Source: Kiritimatiellia bacterium (GTDB lineage: Bacteria > Verrucomicrobiota > Kiritimatiellia > RFP12 > UBA1067). From it: a DNA stretch of 64,000 nucleotides. Position 1 is the stretch's first letter; the number at the start of each line of letters is the position of its first letter. The stretch covers positions 7,928-71,927 of the forward strand of contig DAOPZC010000015.1 in the NCBI GenBank assembly GCA_035353175.1. Direction: 5' to 3'. The notes under the pieces were generated by a model. It made no database searches and was not told the origin of the DNA. It was given only the letters and a program-made list of their open reading frames with translations. Positions 46,609 to 55,846 of the stretch are shown piece after piece. A program made the translations under genes and the position numbers.

Positions 46609-47478
46609 ATGGCTGATTTGGATGACATTCGCGATGGCAAGAACTACGGCATCGGCGAAGCGCAGAAGTGTGAGGGATTTTTTCTCAAGGGCTCGGGCAA
46701 TCTCGACTGGGGCATGAAGGACCGTCTCAGCCGCATTTTCAACCCGGCGACGGGCAAGAGCGTGATGCTGGCGTTCGACCACGGTTTCATCATGGGGCCG
46801 ACCTCGGGCGTCGAGCGTATCGATCTGGGCATTTTGCCGCTGATCGAATTTGCGGATTGCCTGATGTGCGCCCGCGGCGTGCTGCGCTCGCTGGTGCCGC
46901 CGAGCAGCCGCAAGCCGGTCTGCCTGCGCTCCGATGCGGGCACCTCGATCCTGACCGAGCTCAACAACAACGTCGTCATCGACGTCCAGGACGCGGTGAA
47001 GCTGAACGCGTCGGCGATGGCGGTGATGGTGGCGATCGGCGACCACAAGTACGAGGCGCAGACCGTGGCGAACCTCTATCAGGCGGTGGATGCCGGGCAG
47101 GCGTACGGCATTCCTGTCATGGGCGTGACCGCGGTTGGCAAGGACATGGTGCGCGATGCGCGCTACTTCGGCCTGGCTTCGCGGATCTGCGCGGAGAACG
47201 GCGCGAACATCGTCAAGACCTACTATACCGAAGGGTTCGAAAAGGTCGTGTCGTGCTGCCCCGTGCCGATCGTGATCGCGGGCGGCAAGAAGCTGCCGGA
47301 GCTGGAAGCGCTGGAACTGGCCTACAGGGCGATCCAGAGCGGCGCTGCGGGCGTCGACATGGGGCGCAACGTCTTCCAGTCGGAGAAGCCCACGGCGATG
47401 ATTCAGGCGGTCTCGGCGGTTGTCCACAAGGGCATGAAGCCGGCCGAGGCTTTCCAGATGTTCAACGATCTGCAGTAG
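46609..47478 (+). CDS. Class I aldolase of the DhnA/FbaB/LsrF family
   Basis: AAGGAG lies upstream of ATG 46609. It has LAFDHG, the Schiff-base Lys context GANIVKTYY, and [13 protein letters not shown]. Confidence 0.7.
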   Translation: MADLDDIRDGKNYGIGEAQKCEGFFLKGSGNLDWGMKDRLSRIFNPATGKSVMLAFDHGFIMGPTSGVERIDLGILPLIEFADCLMCARGVLRSLVPPSSRKPVCLRSDAGTSILTELNNNVVIDVQDAVKLNASAMAVMVAIGDHKYEAQTVANLYQAVDAGQAYGIPVMGVTAVGKDMVRDARYFGLASRICAENGANIVKTYYTEGFEKVVSCCPVPIVIAGGKKLPELEALELAYRAIQSGAAGVDMGRNVFQSEKPTAMIQAVSAVVHKGMKPAEAFQMFNDLQ

Positions 47479-47514
47479 GCGGATCGGCCTCTGCCCGCAG
47501 AGGGAACACAACGG

Positions 47515-47551
47515 GGAGGGCTCCGCGGTCACGCGGAGCCCTCCTGTTTTA
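47515..47551 (+). terminator. Rho-independent terminator after the aldolase gene
   Basis: A perfect 13-bp stem pairs GGAGGGCTCCGCG (47515-47527) with CGCGGAGCCCTCC (47532-47544). The loop is GTCA, followed by TGTTTTA. Confidence 0.75.
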
Positions 47552-47995
47552 GATGACGATCCGATACGGGGTCATGTGAGAGAGAACAAAACCGTGGCGT
47601 GTGTAGAAACGTTGCGCGCCCGCGTTGATGTTGTCCGTCAGCAGAGTGATGCGCCGGTAGCCGCCGCCCCGCGCAAATTCGACGGCGTGTTCCAGCAGGG
47701 CTGAACCGTAACCCCGATTGCGGAATCCGGACCGTATGATCAGGTCTTCGAGCAAAAGGACATCCCCTCCGCAGACGGTGCTGACGAGGAATTGGACGCT
47801 GACCATTCCGAGAAGCTCGGAGCCGTTGCGGAGCACAAAGACCCGACCGCGCTGGGGGTTGCCGACCAACAGGTTGAGCGCGCTCCTTTGCTTCGCGAGA
47901 TCAGGCATGAATTCCGTCTCGATGGTGAAAAGTAAACCGAGCAAATCGCACAGTTGCGGAATGTCAGAATGGGTTGCGTCGTCGAGCGAGATCAT
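47549..47995 (-). CDS. GNAT-family N-acetyltransferase
   Basis: The acetyl-CoA loop is RNRGYGSALLEHAVEFAR. It is 148 aa. Confidence 0.75.
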   Translation of the reverse strand: MISLDDATHSDIPQLCDLLGLLFTIETEFMPDLAKQRSALNLLVGNPQRGRVFVLRNGSELLGMVSVQFLVSTVCGGDVLLLEDLIIRSGFRNRGYGSALLEHAVEFARGGGYRRITLLTDNINAGAQRFYTRHGFVLSHMTPYRIVI

Positions 47996-48007
47996 GGTTT
48001 CCTCCCG

Positions 48008-49627
48008 TCAGGTGGTACGGCTCTCGTGTTTAGCGAATGATTGAGGTGTCAGTTGCGCGGCAGCCTTTTTTGAAAACCGGCGCGGATCGATGCGGAATTT
48101 CTTTAGCTTGTAGCGCACCATGCGCGATGTGATGCCGATCTCCCGCGCGACCGCGCACACGTTGCCGTTTTTTTTCTTGAGCGCATCCAGCAGCACGGCC
48201 GATTCCATCTGGTGGATGCGGCTTTTTAGCGTGGTGTCATTGTCGCCGGGACTGCAGGCCGGCTGGTTGGCCCTGACGGATTGCGGCAGGTGCTCCGGCA
48301 GCAGGAGCGAGCCGGAGCAGAGCAGGACCGCATACTCGATGCAGTTCTCCAGCTCGCGCACGTTTCCGGGCCAGGCGTAACGGACGAGTTCCCGCATGGT
48401 CTCGCCGGCAATCGGGGGCCGCGTTTTCGTCATCAGGTTCGCGTACTTCTGAACGAAGTGGTTGGCGAGCACGGGGATGTCACCTGGGCGGTCGCGCAGC
48501 GGCGGGATTGGGATGGGAAAGACGTTGATGCGGTAATAGAGATCGGCTCTGAACGTGCCGTTACGCATGGCCTCTTCAAGGTTGCGGTTCGTGGCGGCGA
48601 TGACGCGCACGTCGGCCTTGATCGTCTCGTTGCCGCCGACGCGTTCGAATTCGCACTCCTGCAGCACGCGCAGCAGTTTAGCCTGCATGGCCGCGGAGAT
48701 CTCCCCGATCTCGTCGAGAAAGACCGTGCCGCCCTGGGCTTCTTCGATCCGGCCGATTCGGCGCGCGACGGCTCCGGTGAACGCGCCCTTCTCATGGCCG
48801 AACAGCTCGCTTTCGAAAAGATTTTCGTTGAGCGCCGCGCAGTTGATGCGCACGAACGGCTTGCAGGCCCGGGTGCTGTTGTAGTGGATGGCCGAAGCGA
48901 CCAGTTCCTTGCCGGTGCCGGATTCGCCGCGGATCAAGACGGTCGCCTGCGTCGGCGCGACTTGCTGAACGCGCATCTGCACGTGGCGGATGGCGTCAGA
49001 GTTGCCGGCCATCTTGCGTTGCTGCGCCTGCATGCTCACCACCGAACGGAGTCGCGCGTTCTCGCGCTCGAGCGCTTCGCGCTCCTGTTTGAGCTGGCAC
49101 CGGTACTGCACGTCATGCGCGATGAGGCGCGCGACAATGCCGAGAAAGTCTTTGAGCTCGTTGAGGTGGCTGACTTCGCGCAGGCCTGGATCGTCCACTG
49201 AAAGCACGCCGATCGTTTCCGACGCCAGACGGATGGGCACGCAGACGAACCCCAGTGTTTTACGCCATTCGGGGGATCGCTGAAAGATGCGCGACTGGAA
49301 CTCCGGCTCGTCGGCGATGCGGTTCAGGACAACGGGCTCGCCGGTCGTCAGCACCTTGCCGACGATGCCTTCGCCACGGTGATAAACGGCGGAGAGTTGC
49401 GCGGGCTCATTCATCCCGTGTGCGGCCCCCACGATCAGCCGCTCGTGATCGCAGTCGACCAACAGGATCGTGCCGCGCACGAGGCCGAGGTTCGTCTCCA
49501 AAAGACGCAATGTCCGTTGGAGCAACTCGTCTTGGCCGGTGAAGTGCACCATCAATTCACAGAGTTTTCGAAGAACCATCATCTCGATGGTCCTGTCGCA
49601 GCCGTCAGCCATGTGGTCACAGTGCAT
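48008..49627 (-). CDS. Sigma-54-dependent transcriptional activator, GAF-AAA+-HTH (NifA-type architecture)
   Basis: It has an N-terminal GAF-like domain, Walker A GESGTGKE, the sigma-54 contact loop GAFTGA ([10 protein letters not shown]), Walker B FLDEIGE and a Fis-type HTH ([23 protein letters not shown]). Confidence 0.85.
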   Translation of the reverse strand: MHCDHMADGCDRTIEMMVLRKLCELMVHFTGQDELLQRTLRLLETNLGLVRGTILLVDCDHERLIVGAAHGMNEPAQLSAVYHRGEGIVGKVLTTGEPVVLNRIADEPEFQSRIFQRSPEWRKTLGFVCVPIRLASETIGVLSVDDPGLREVSHLNELKDFLGIVARLIAHDVQYRCQLKQEREALERENARLRSVVSMQAQQRKMAGNSDAIRHVQMRVQQVAPTQATVLIRGESGTGKELVASAIHYNSTRACKPFVRINCAALNENLFESELFGHEKGAFTGAVARRIGRIEEAQGGTVFLDEIGEISAAMQAKLLRVLQECEFERVGGNETIKADVRVIAATNRNLEEAMRNGTFRADLYYRINVFPIPIPPLRDRPGDIPVLANHFVQKYANLMTKTRPPIAGETMRELVRYAWPGNVRELENCIEYAVLLCSGSLLLPEHLPQSVRANQPACSPGDNDTTLKSRIHQMESAVLLDALKKKNGNVCAVAREIGITSRMVRYKLKKFRIDPRRFSKKAAAQLTPQSFAKHESRTT

Positions 49628-49812
49628 AATCGTTTACCTGCCGTCTGAAAAGCAGGTCTTATGCCATGGAGGCCATTCTCTTGAAGGAGCCACATTTCAA
49701 CGACATAAACGCAATGTTCATCGTAACGATTGAAGTACATATGGCACATGACGACATTCTTGTCTGTATTTGAAAAGAGAAACAAACAGGAAGAAGTCGC
49801 CCTTCAGGACAC

Positions 49813-49936
49813 GACAATCCTTTCACTGTCGACAGAAGTGTCCGTAAACGGGCGCACGGCTCCTCAATCGCTATGAACGCGAACACGTTACGAAGATCGG
49901 CGGGCCGCCGGAGCGCGCCGAAGTGACAATCCTTTC
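49813..49936 (+). repeat. Two exact copies of GACAATCCTTTC in the activator/nifV-like intergenic region
   Basis: The copies are at 49813-49824 and 49925-49936, 112 bp apart centre to centre, inside a ~470-bp region of lower GC. Confidence 0.85.
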
Positions 49937-50105
49937 CGATCCCGCCGGCGATACGGAAAACCGCCTTACAAGGAGCCGCGAAGAATTCGGCCTAGACGTT
50001 AACACGCTGCGTGAGAGCGGGTTGTGGAATTCAAGAACGCACTCCCGCATACGGCGTAAACCGCATTGGCATGTTTCCTGTTTATAGGACAGGCACTTGC
50101 GGCCC

Positions 50106-50300
50106 ATGAACGGGACGGACGACACGTATAAGGGTTACCTCACCTATGCGCGCTACGAGGCGCCGTTGCTGAAAGGGTTCTTCGGCAAGCGCAGCGAGTT
50201 GAACCACGCCGTCCAGCTCGAGGTCTTCGAGCCGGGCGACTACTACGAGACCGACGAGACCGCCGTGTTCCTGCGCTGGGAGGTGAACGCGAAATTCTGA
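50106..50300 (+). CDS. Small hypothetical protein (64 aa) upstream of the NifV-like gene
   Basis: The track ORF starts at TTG 50097; ATG is at 50106. Third-position G/C bias is strong and usage is coding-like (MNGTDDTYKGYLTYARYEAPLLKGFFGKRSELNHAVQLEVFEPGDYYETDETAVFLRWEVNAKF). No family was recognised and the RBS is weak. Confidence 0.5.
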   Translation: MNGTDDTYKGYLTYARYEAPLLKGFFGKRSELNHAVQLEVFEPGDYYETDETAVFLRWEVNAKF

Positions 50301-50385
50301 GGTGGACGGCAGGACTGGGACTCGCCCGCCTGTTGACGGTGCGGCACAGGAGGGCGAGCGCCCTGCGAGCGGAGAAAGGGAAATC

Positions 50386-51552
50386 ATGATCGACGCGACA
50401 AACAAACTGAGCTTCAGCGACACGACGTTGCGCGACGGCGAGCAGGCGCCGGGCGTGGTGTTCTCACTGGCCGACAAGCTGCGCATCGCCGCGGCGCTCG
50501 ACGCGCTGGGCGTGGATGAGGCCGAGGTCGGCTCCGCGGCGATGGGCGCCGAAGAGCTGGCCGGTCTTCGCGTCCTGGCGTCGCAGGGGTACCGCATGAG
50601 GCTCTCGTGCTGGTGCCGATCCTTGGAGGAGGACGTCTATTACGCGGTCAAGGCCGGGATCGGCACGGTCAACGTGTCGTTTCCCGTCTCGGACCTTCTG
50701 CTGGCGTCGATGGACCGCTGCAGGGACTGGGTGTTTCACCATCTCGACAGCATGCTCGGCTTTGCGGCGCAGACCGGCTGTCGCTACTCGGTGGGCTTGC
50801 AGGATGCCGGGCGCGCCGATCCCGCGTTTCTGGACCGCGTCGTGCGGCAGGTTGCGGAGCTGCGCGCGTTCCGAGTGCGCATCTCGGATACGGTGGGCAT
50901 CCTCAACCCGTTCACCGCGGCCGCGCTGATTGCCCGCGTGAAGTCGGCTGCGCCCGGCTTGGGCGTTTCATTCCACGCGCACAACGATCTCGGCATGGCG
51001 GTGGCGAACACGCTGGCGGCGGCGCAGGCGGGGGCCGACACGCTGGACTGCACGGTGAACGGATTGGGCGAGCGCGCGGGCAACTGTCCGCTCGAAGAGC
51101 TGCTTTTCGCGCTCGCGTACTCCGCCGGCGTTCCGCTGGCGTGGTCCCCTGAAAAGCTGATGGCGCTGTGCGAGCTGACGGCCGAGGCGTCGGGGCGGCC
51201 GGTGCCGCTCGCGAAACCCGTTACCGGCGCGATGGCTCTACGGCACGAGTCGGGCATTCACGTGCGCAGCCTGCTGAAAGACCCGCTCGCGTACGCGGCC
51301 TATCCGCCGTCGGCCATCGGCCGCACGGACCACGCGTTTGCTTTGGGCAAGCACTCGGGGGCGGCGGGCGTCAAGGCGTTCTTTGCGGCGCACGGCATTG
51401 TTTTGAGCTTCGACGAGGTCCGGCGCTTGACCGAGGCCGTTCGCCAGGAGGCGCGCCGGCTGAAGCGCGATCTAGATGATCACGAGGTGCTCGAGCTGCA
51501 CCGGCCGGTGTTCGAGGCGAGCTTCGGCGGACAGGCGACAAAGGTGGTGTGA
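50386..51552 (+). CDS. Homocitrate synthase-like protein (NifV-type short DRE-TIM metallolyase)
   Basis: ATG 50386 has GAGAAAGGGA upstream. It has TTLRDGEQAPGV and the HAHNDLGMAVANTLAA metal site. At ~388 aa it lacks the LeuA regulatory domain. Confidence 0.7.
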   Translation: MIDATNKLSFSDTTLRDGEQAPGVVFSLADKLRIAAALDALGVDEAEVGSAAMGAEELAGLRVLASQGYRMRLSCWCRSLEEDVYYAVKAGIGTVNVSFPVSDLLLASMDRCRDWVFHHLDSMLGFAAQTGCRYSVGLQDAGRADPAFLDRVVRQVAELRAFRVRISDTVGILNPFTAAALIARVKSAAPGLGVSFHAHNDLGMAVANTLAAAQAGADTLDCTVNGLGERAGNCPLEELLFALAYSAGVPLAWSPEKLMALCELTAEASGRPVPLAKPVTGAMALRHESGIHVRSLLKDPLAYAAYPPSAIGRTDHAFALGKHSGAAGVKAFFAAHGIVLSFDEVRRLTEAVRQEARRLKRDLDDHEVLELHRPVFEASFGGQATKVV

Positions 51553-51555
51553 CGC

Positions 51556-52350
51556 ATGGCAAAAGCGTTCAGAGTTCTCTGCGTGGGGTTGACGGCGCTG
51601 CTGGCGCTGTTTGTCGCCGGCACGCTGGGCCATGTGTTCGTCGTGTCGCCGACGGTCCTGGGCCGGGCTTTGACGGACGGCTCGCTACTTCCGGTTCTGG
51701 GGGTCAGCCTTCAGACGTCGCTGTGCGCGGCGCTGCTGGCGATGGGGCTGGGGACGCCGGTGGCCTATGTGCTGGCGCGCCGGGAGTTCCGCGGCAAGAC
51801 CGCGCTGGAGACGCTGCTGGATCTGCCGGTGGCGCTGCCGCCGATGGTCGCCGGGCTGGCGCTGCTGCTGCTCGTCTCGCCCGCCGCGCCGCTGGGGGGC
51901 TTGCTGGGGCGGGCCGGCGTCGGCCTGATCTTCACGAAAGCCGGCATCGTGCTGGCGCAGTTCTTCGTGGCCCTCCCGTTCTATATCCGGGCGGTGCGCT
52001 CGGCGATCACGGCCATCCCGCCCTCGATTCCGGCGGCCGCGGCGCTGCTGCGCGCGAGCGAAGGATACACGTTCTTCCATGTGATTTTGCCCCTGAGCCG
52101 CGACGGCCTGATCAGCGGGTTCGTGATGTGCTGGGCGCGGGCGCTGGGCGAGTTCGGCGCGACGGCCATGGTGGCGGGCTGCATCCCGGGGGTCACAGAA
52201 ACGCTGCCCGTGGCGATCTACACGCGCGCCACCGCCGGCGACCTGGCGTCCGCCGGAGCCGCGGCGTTCTGCCTGTCGGCGCTCTCTTTCCTGGCGCTGA
52301 CCGCCCTGCGGCTGGCGTTCCGGCCGGAAGCGGCGAGGAGGCTGGCATGA
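51556..52350 (+). CDS. modB: Molybdate/tungstate-type ABC transporter permease
   Basis: The EAA region and LGEFGATAMVAGCIPGVTETLPVAIY closely parallel E. coli ModB LGEFGATITFVSNIPGETRTLPLAIY. Confidence 0.75.
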   Translation: MAKAFRVLCVGLTALLALFVAGTLGHVFVVSPTVLGRALTDGSLLPVLGVSLQTSLCAALLAMGLGTPVAYVLARREFRGKTALETLLDLPVALPPMVAGLALLLLVSPAAPLGGLLGRAGVGLIFTKAGIVLAQFFVALPFYIRAVRSAITAIPPSIPAAAALLRASEGYTFFHVILPLSRDGLISGFVMCWARALGEFGATAMVAGCIPGVTETLPVAIYTRATAGDLASAGAAAFCLSALSFLALTALRLAFRPEAARRLA

Positions 52351-52997
52351 TCGCGTGCGACCAGATTTGCAAACGCTTCGGCGACCGGCGCGTGCTGGAG
52401 GACGTCTCGTTCACGATCGAGCGCGGGGCCTTCTCCATCTTGCTGGGTCCGAGCGGCTGCGGCAAGACGCTGCTGCTCTCGATCTTGGCGGGGCTGGAGG
52501 CTCCGTCGTCCGGGCGCGTGCTGATCGGCGGCAGCGACTTGACGCGCGTCCCGCCGGAGCGGAGACCCGTGACCATGGTGTTTCAGCGGCACGCGCTCTT
52601 TCCCCATCTGACGGTTTTCGAGAACATCGCGTTCAGCATGCGGGTCCGGCACCTGCATCAGGACGCGATCCGCTCGCGCGTCGAGGACCTGCTGGGCCTG
52701 ATCGATTTGGAGTCGTATCGCCATGCGAAGCCTGACGTGCTCAGCGGCGGGCAGTGCCAGCGGGTGGCCTTCGCGCGGGCGCTGGCCTCCGATGCCGAGG
52801 TGGTGCTGTTCGACGAACCCCTGAACAGCCTCGACAAGGGAATGAAGTCCTCGCTGGTCGCGGAACTCAAGAAATGGCACAAATACAAGCGTTTTACGGC
52901 CCTTTATGTGACGCACGATCTTGAGGAAGCTTTTGCGCTGGGGGATCGCGTGCTGGGGATGAAAAAAGGCAAGGTGGCGCAAACCGCTTTTGAATGA
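52347..52997 (+). CDS. ABC transporter ATP-binding protein (short, no TOBE domain), partner of the ModB-like permease
   Basis: There is an ATGA overlap with modB. Walker A is GPSGCGKT, the signature is LSGGQCQRV and Walker B is VVLFDEP. It is 216 aa. Confidence 0.8.
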   Translation: MIACDQICKRFGDRRVLEDVSFTIERGAFSILLGPSGCGKTLLLSILAGLEAPSSGRVLIGGSDLTRVPPERRPVTMVFQRHALFPHLTVFENIAFSMRVRHLHQDAIRSRVEDLLGLIDLESYRHAKPDVLSGGQCQRVAFARALASDAEVVLFDEPLNSLDKGMKSSLVAELKKWHKYKRFTALYVTHDLEEAFALGDRVLGMKKGKVAQTAFE

Positions 52998-53199
52998 GGC
53001 GAGGGCGGCTCGCTCCGGTCATTGAACGGTTGCCATCGACGCGGAAGGGGAGTGTCGGGCGGCGTTATGAACGGTCGGCGCGAAAACCGACAAACCGCAA
53101 AATAGCCTTTGAGCCGGATCGCACGCGCGTGATAGGATGTAAACCGTTAACACGTGAAGGGCGTTTTATTTTGGGGAGTCTGCCAAGGAGATTTGAAAC

Positions 53200-55806
53200 A
53201 TGAGGATGATGTTTGGATGGGGGGCTTTTGTTCTCGCGTGCGCTTGCTTCGTACAGGCGGAGGACGTGCCGATCACGGTGACAAGCGAGCGGATCGCGCT
53301 GACGCTGGGGCGTGCGGAGAAGGGTGCGGTCGTGTCGCTCAAAACGCGCGCGGGCGTGGAATTCGCGGCCGTGGGGCAGAAACCCGCAAACCTGTTTAGC
53401 CTGACGTTCTCACAGCAGGCACCGGTGCCTGGGGCAGAGCTTCTGTTGTCGAGCGCGGATGCGAAGGCCTTCACTGCCGATGTCAAGGACGGGGCCGGCG
53501 GGACGTGCGCGACGCTGGTCTACGAGGGCTTCACGCAAGGGGTTGCCCGCGTGGTTTGCACGGTGCGGACGAAGCCGGGCGACGCGATGGCGCGCTGGGG
53601 CATCGCCGTGCAGATGCGGGACGGCTGGGTGCTTGAGAAGGTGCAGTATCCGTTCGTGACGCTGGCCGCGCAGCTGGGCACGAGCGTCGAGGACGACGCG
53701 GCCGTGCTGGGAACCGCCAAAGGCGGCATTTTCCGCCGGCCCGGGACGATGAAGCCCGGCTGGCGGAGCGCGGGAAGCCAACCCGGCAATCTGGCGGCGG
53801 CGTTCGGCTGTTACTACGACGACCGCGCGGGGTTCTACACCGCGGCGGAGGACGGCAAGGGGTATCCCAAAGATCTGATCCTGACCCGCACGGCGGCCGG
53901 CGTGGAGTTCAGCTGGTCTCGCCCGTGTTTCGCGACCGGCGCGGACACGCAGGGATACGACGTCGTGATGTCCGCTTGCGGCGGGTCGGACGGCGCGCCG
54001 TCCGACTGGCGCGATGCGGCGGATCTCTACAAGGCGTGGGCGCTGACGCAGCCGTGGTGCGCGACGCCCTTTGCGCAGCGCGGCGATCTGCCCGCTTGGC
54101 TCAAAGACGGGCCGGCGATGGTTCGGTTCGGGCGCGAATGGCTGGCCGACCCGGAGCGCATTGAGCGCTGGCTGACGCAGTACTGGCAGAAGTACTTCCC
54201 GCAGATGCCGCTCATCACGGCGTACTGGGGTTGGGAGAAGCGCGGCAGCTGGGTGACGCCCGACTACTTCCCGATCTATCCGACGGACGAGCAGTTCACC
54301 AACCTGGTGGCGAAGACGCGCAAGATGGGGTGCCATGCGTTTCCGTGGCCCTCGGGTTACCACTGGACGCTGACCTACAACAAACGGCCGGACGGCAGCT
54401 TCGAGTGGGATGACCGCGCGCGTTTCGACGCGGTGGCGCGCACGCACGCGGTCCACCAGCGCGACGGCGAGCTTTATCTCCGCGTGCCGAGCTGGCTGCA
54501 AGGCGGCAACACCGCCTGCATGTGCGGCGGCGATCCCTGGACCCTCCGCTGGTGGAACGAGGAGATCTGCGCGCCGCTGGCGCAGCGCGGCTGCGAGCTG
54601 GTGCAGGTGGACCAGGTGGTCGGCGCGAACTGGCCCGCGTGCTACGCGGCGAACCACGGGCATCCGCAGGGGCGCGGTCAATGGATGACCGAGTCGTTCA
54701 CGCGGCAGCTGCTGACCATGCGCGAGGCGATGTGCAGGGCTGAGCCTGATTCAGTGGTGTGTTTCGAAGAGCCCAATGAGTGGTACAACCACATTGTGGG
54801 GCTGCAGGACTACCGCGACTGCGAAGCGCGAAGCGAATGGGCCTCGGTGTTCAACTACCTCTACCACGAGTATCTGCCGTGTTTCCAGAGCAACCCGCGC
54901 GGCAACGACCGCGTGATGTTCGCCCACTGCGTGGCGGACGGGCAGATGCCACATCTGGTGCCGTCCGGGAAAGACTTTGCGGACGACGAGGCGCTGGTGA
55001 ACGGCGTCTTCGAGGCGCGTACGGCGGGAACCAGCGCGCTGCGTGGCTGGGAAAAGCTGAGCGGATATCAGGGCAAGGCGTGGACCGGACAGGCGTTCAG
55101 CGACACGGATGAGAAGCACGGCGGCGCGTCGAGCCTGCGCCTCGAGAACACCAACAGCAGCGACGTTGTGCAGGTCTCGCAGAACGTGGAGGTGAGCGAC
55201 AGCGGTTTCATGGCCGGGGGCAAGTATCGCCTCAGCGCGTGGCTGAAGACCGAACGCATGGCGCAGCCGAACGGCATCAACTTCGGGGTCTTCGCGCCGG
55301 GCCTCAAATCGACGGGGCAGGGCGGACAGCTCAAGTTCCCTCCGGCCGGCTCGGGCTGGACGCGCGTGTCGGCGGACTTCACGGTGCCGGCCGGGGCGGA
55401 GATGATGCGAATCATGTGCCATGTGAACGGCGCGGCGAAGGCCTGGGTGGATGATCTGACGCTGGAGGCGGTCCGGCCGGACGGCAGCACGAAGGGCGTG
55501 CGCTACGACGGGCTTGCGCTCGACGCGCGTTTCCTCAAACAGTGGGTGACACTCTACCACGGCGAAGGCCGGCCCTGGCTGATGTACGGCCGGCTGGCAC
55601 ATCCTCCGAAATTGGCGTGTGCGGCGATCACCTATCGCGAGCGTCTGACGCCGGCCGTTTTCCACAATGCGTTCCGCGCGCCCGACGGCCGTGAGGCCGT
55701 GGTGCTTGCGAACGCCACGCGCGAGCCGCAGGACGTGACGCTCTTCTGGCGAGGAGCGGCTATGCCGCTCACTCTGGAGGCGGACGGCGTGCTGCTGGTG
55801 AAATGA
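53200..55806 (+). CDS. Secreted glycoside-hydrolase-like protein of an uncharacterised family (DUF6259-like) with an inserted CBM4/9-like module
   Basis: The signal peptide is MRMMFGWGAFVLACACFVQA. The central region looks like an (alpha/beta)8 barrel (ELVQVDQVVG, CFEEPNE). The CBM-like module is VNGVFEA...SSLRLEN...GGKYRLSAWLK...AWVDDLTLE. Confidence 0.5.
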   Translation: MRMMFGWGAFVLACACFVQAEDVPITVTSERIALTLGRAEKGAVVSLKTRAGVEFAAVGQKPANLFSLTFSQQAPVPGAELLLSSADAKAFTADVKDGAGGTCATLVYEGFTQGVARVVCTVRTKPGDAMARWGIAVQMRDGWVLEKVQYPFVTLAAQLGTSVEDDAAVLGTAKGGIFRRPGTMKPGWRSAGSQPGNLAAAFGCYYDDRAGFYTAAEDGKGYPKDLILTRTAAGVEFSWSRPCFATGADTQGYDVVMSACGGSDGAPSDWRDAADLYKAWALTQPWCATPFAQRGDLPAWLKDGPAMVRFGREWLADPERIERWLTQYWQKYFPQMPLITAYWGWEKRGSWVTPDYFPIYPTDEQFTNLVAKTRKMGCHAFPWPSGYHWTLTYNKRPDGSFEWDDRARFDAVARTHAVHQRDGELYLRVPSWLQGGNTACMCGGDPWTLRWWNEEICAPLAQRGCELVQVDQVVGANWPACYAANHGHPQGRGQWMTESFTRQLLTMREAMCRAEPDSVVCFEEPNEWYNHIVGLQDYRDCEARSEWASVFNYLYHEYLPCFQSNPRGNDRVMFAHCVADGQMPHLVPSGKDFADDEALVNGVFEARTAGTSALRGWEKLSGYQGKAWTGQAFSDTDEKHGGASSLRLENTNSSDVVQVSQNVEVSDSGFMAGGKYRLSAWLKTERMAQPNGINFGVFAPGLKSTGQGGQLKFPPAGSGWTRVSADFTVPAGAEMMRIMCHVNGAAKAWVDDLTLEAVRPDGSTKGVRYDGLALDARFLKQWVTLYHGEGRPWLMYGRLAHPPKLACAAITYRERLTPAVFHNAFRAPDGREAVVLANATREPQDVTLFWRGAAMPLTLEADGVLLVK

Positions 55807-55846
55807 AGCCGGAGCGTGTGTTCGCGAAAAAAAGTTTCGTGTCGGA

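Noticed and set aside
43678-47532. Long minus-strand ORFs (391, 345 and 440 aa) across the dha/aldolase module
   Set aside because: They are antisense to genes with clear DhaK, DhaL and aldolase motifs, and their translations are low complexity.
50091-50099. GGCACTTGC, which contains both sigma-54 core elements (GGCAC and TTGC)
   Set aside because: The two elements are directly adjacent instead of being separated by the required ~5 nt, so this cannot be a functional -24/-12 promoter.
48008-52997. Calling this island a nitrogen-fixation (nif) cluster
   Set aside because: No nitrogenase structural or assembly genes (nifHDK/ENB) are present in the window. Only the regulator architecture, a NifV-like synthase and a ModB-like transporter are present, so it is reported as an open question instead.
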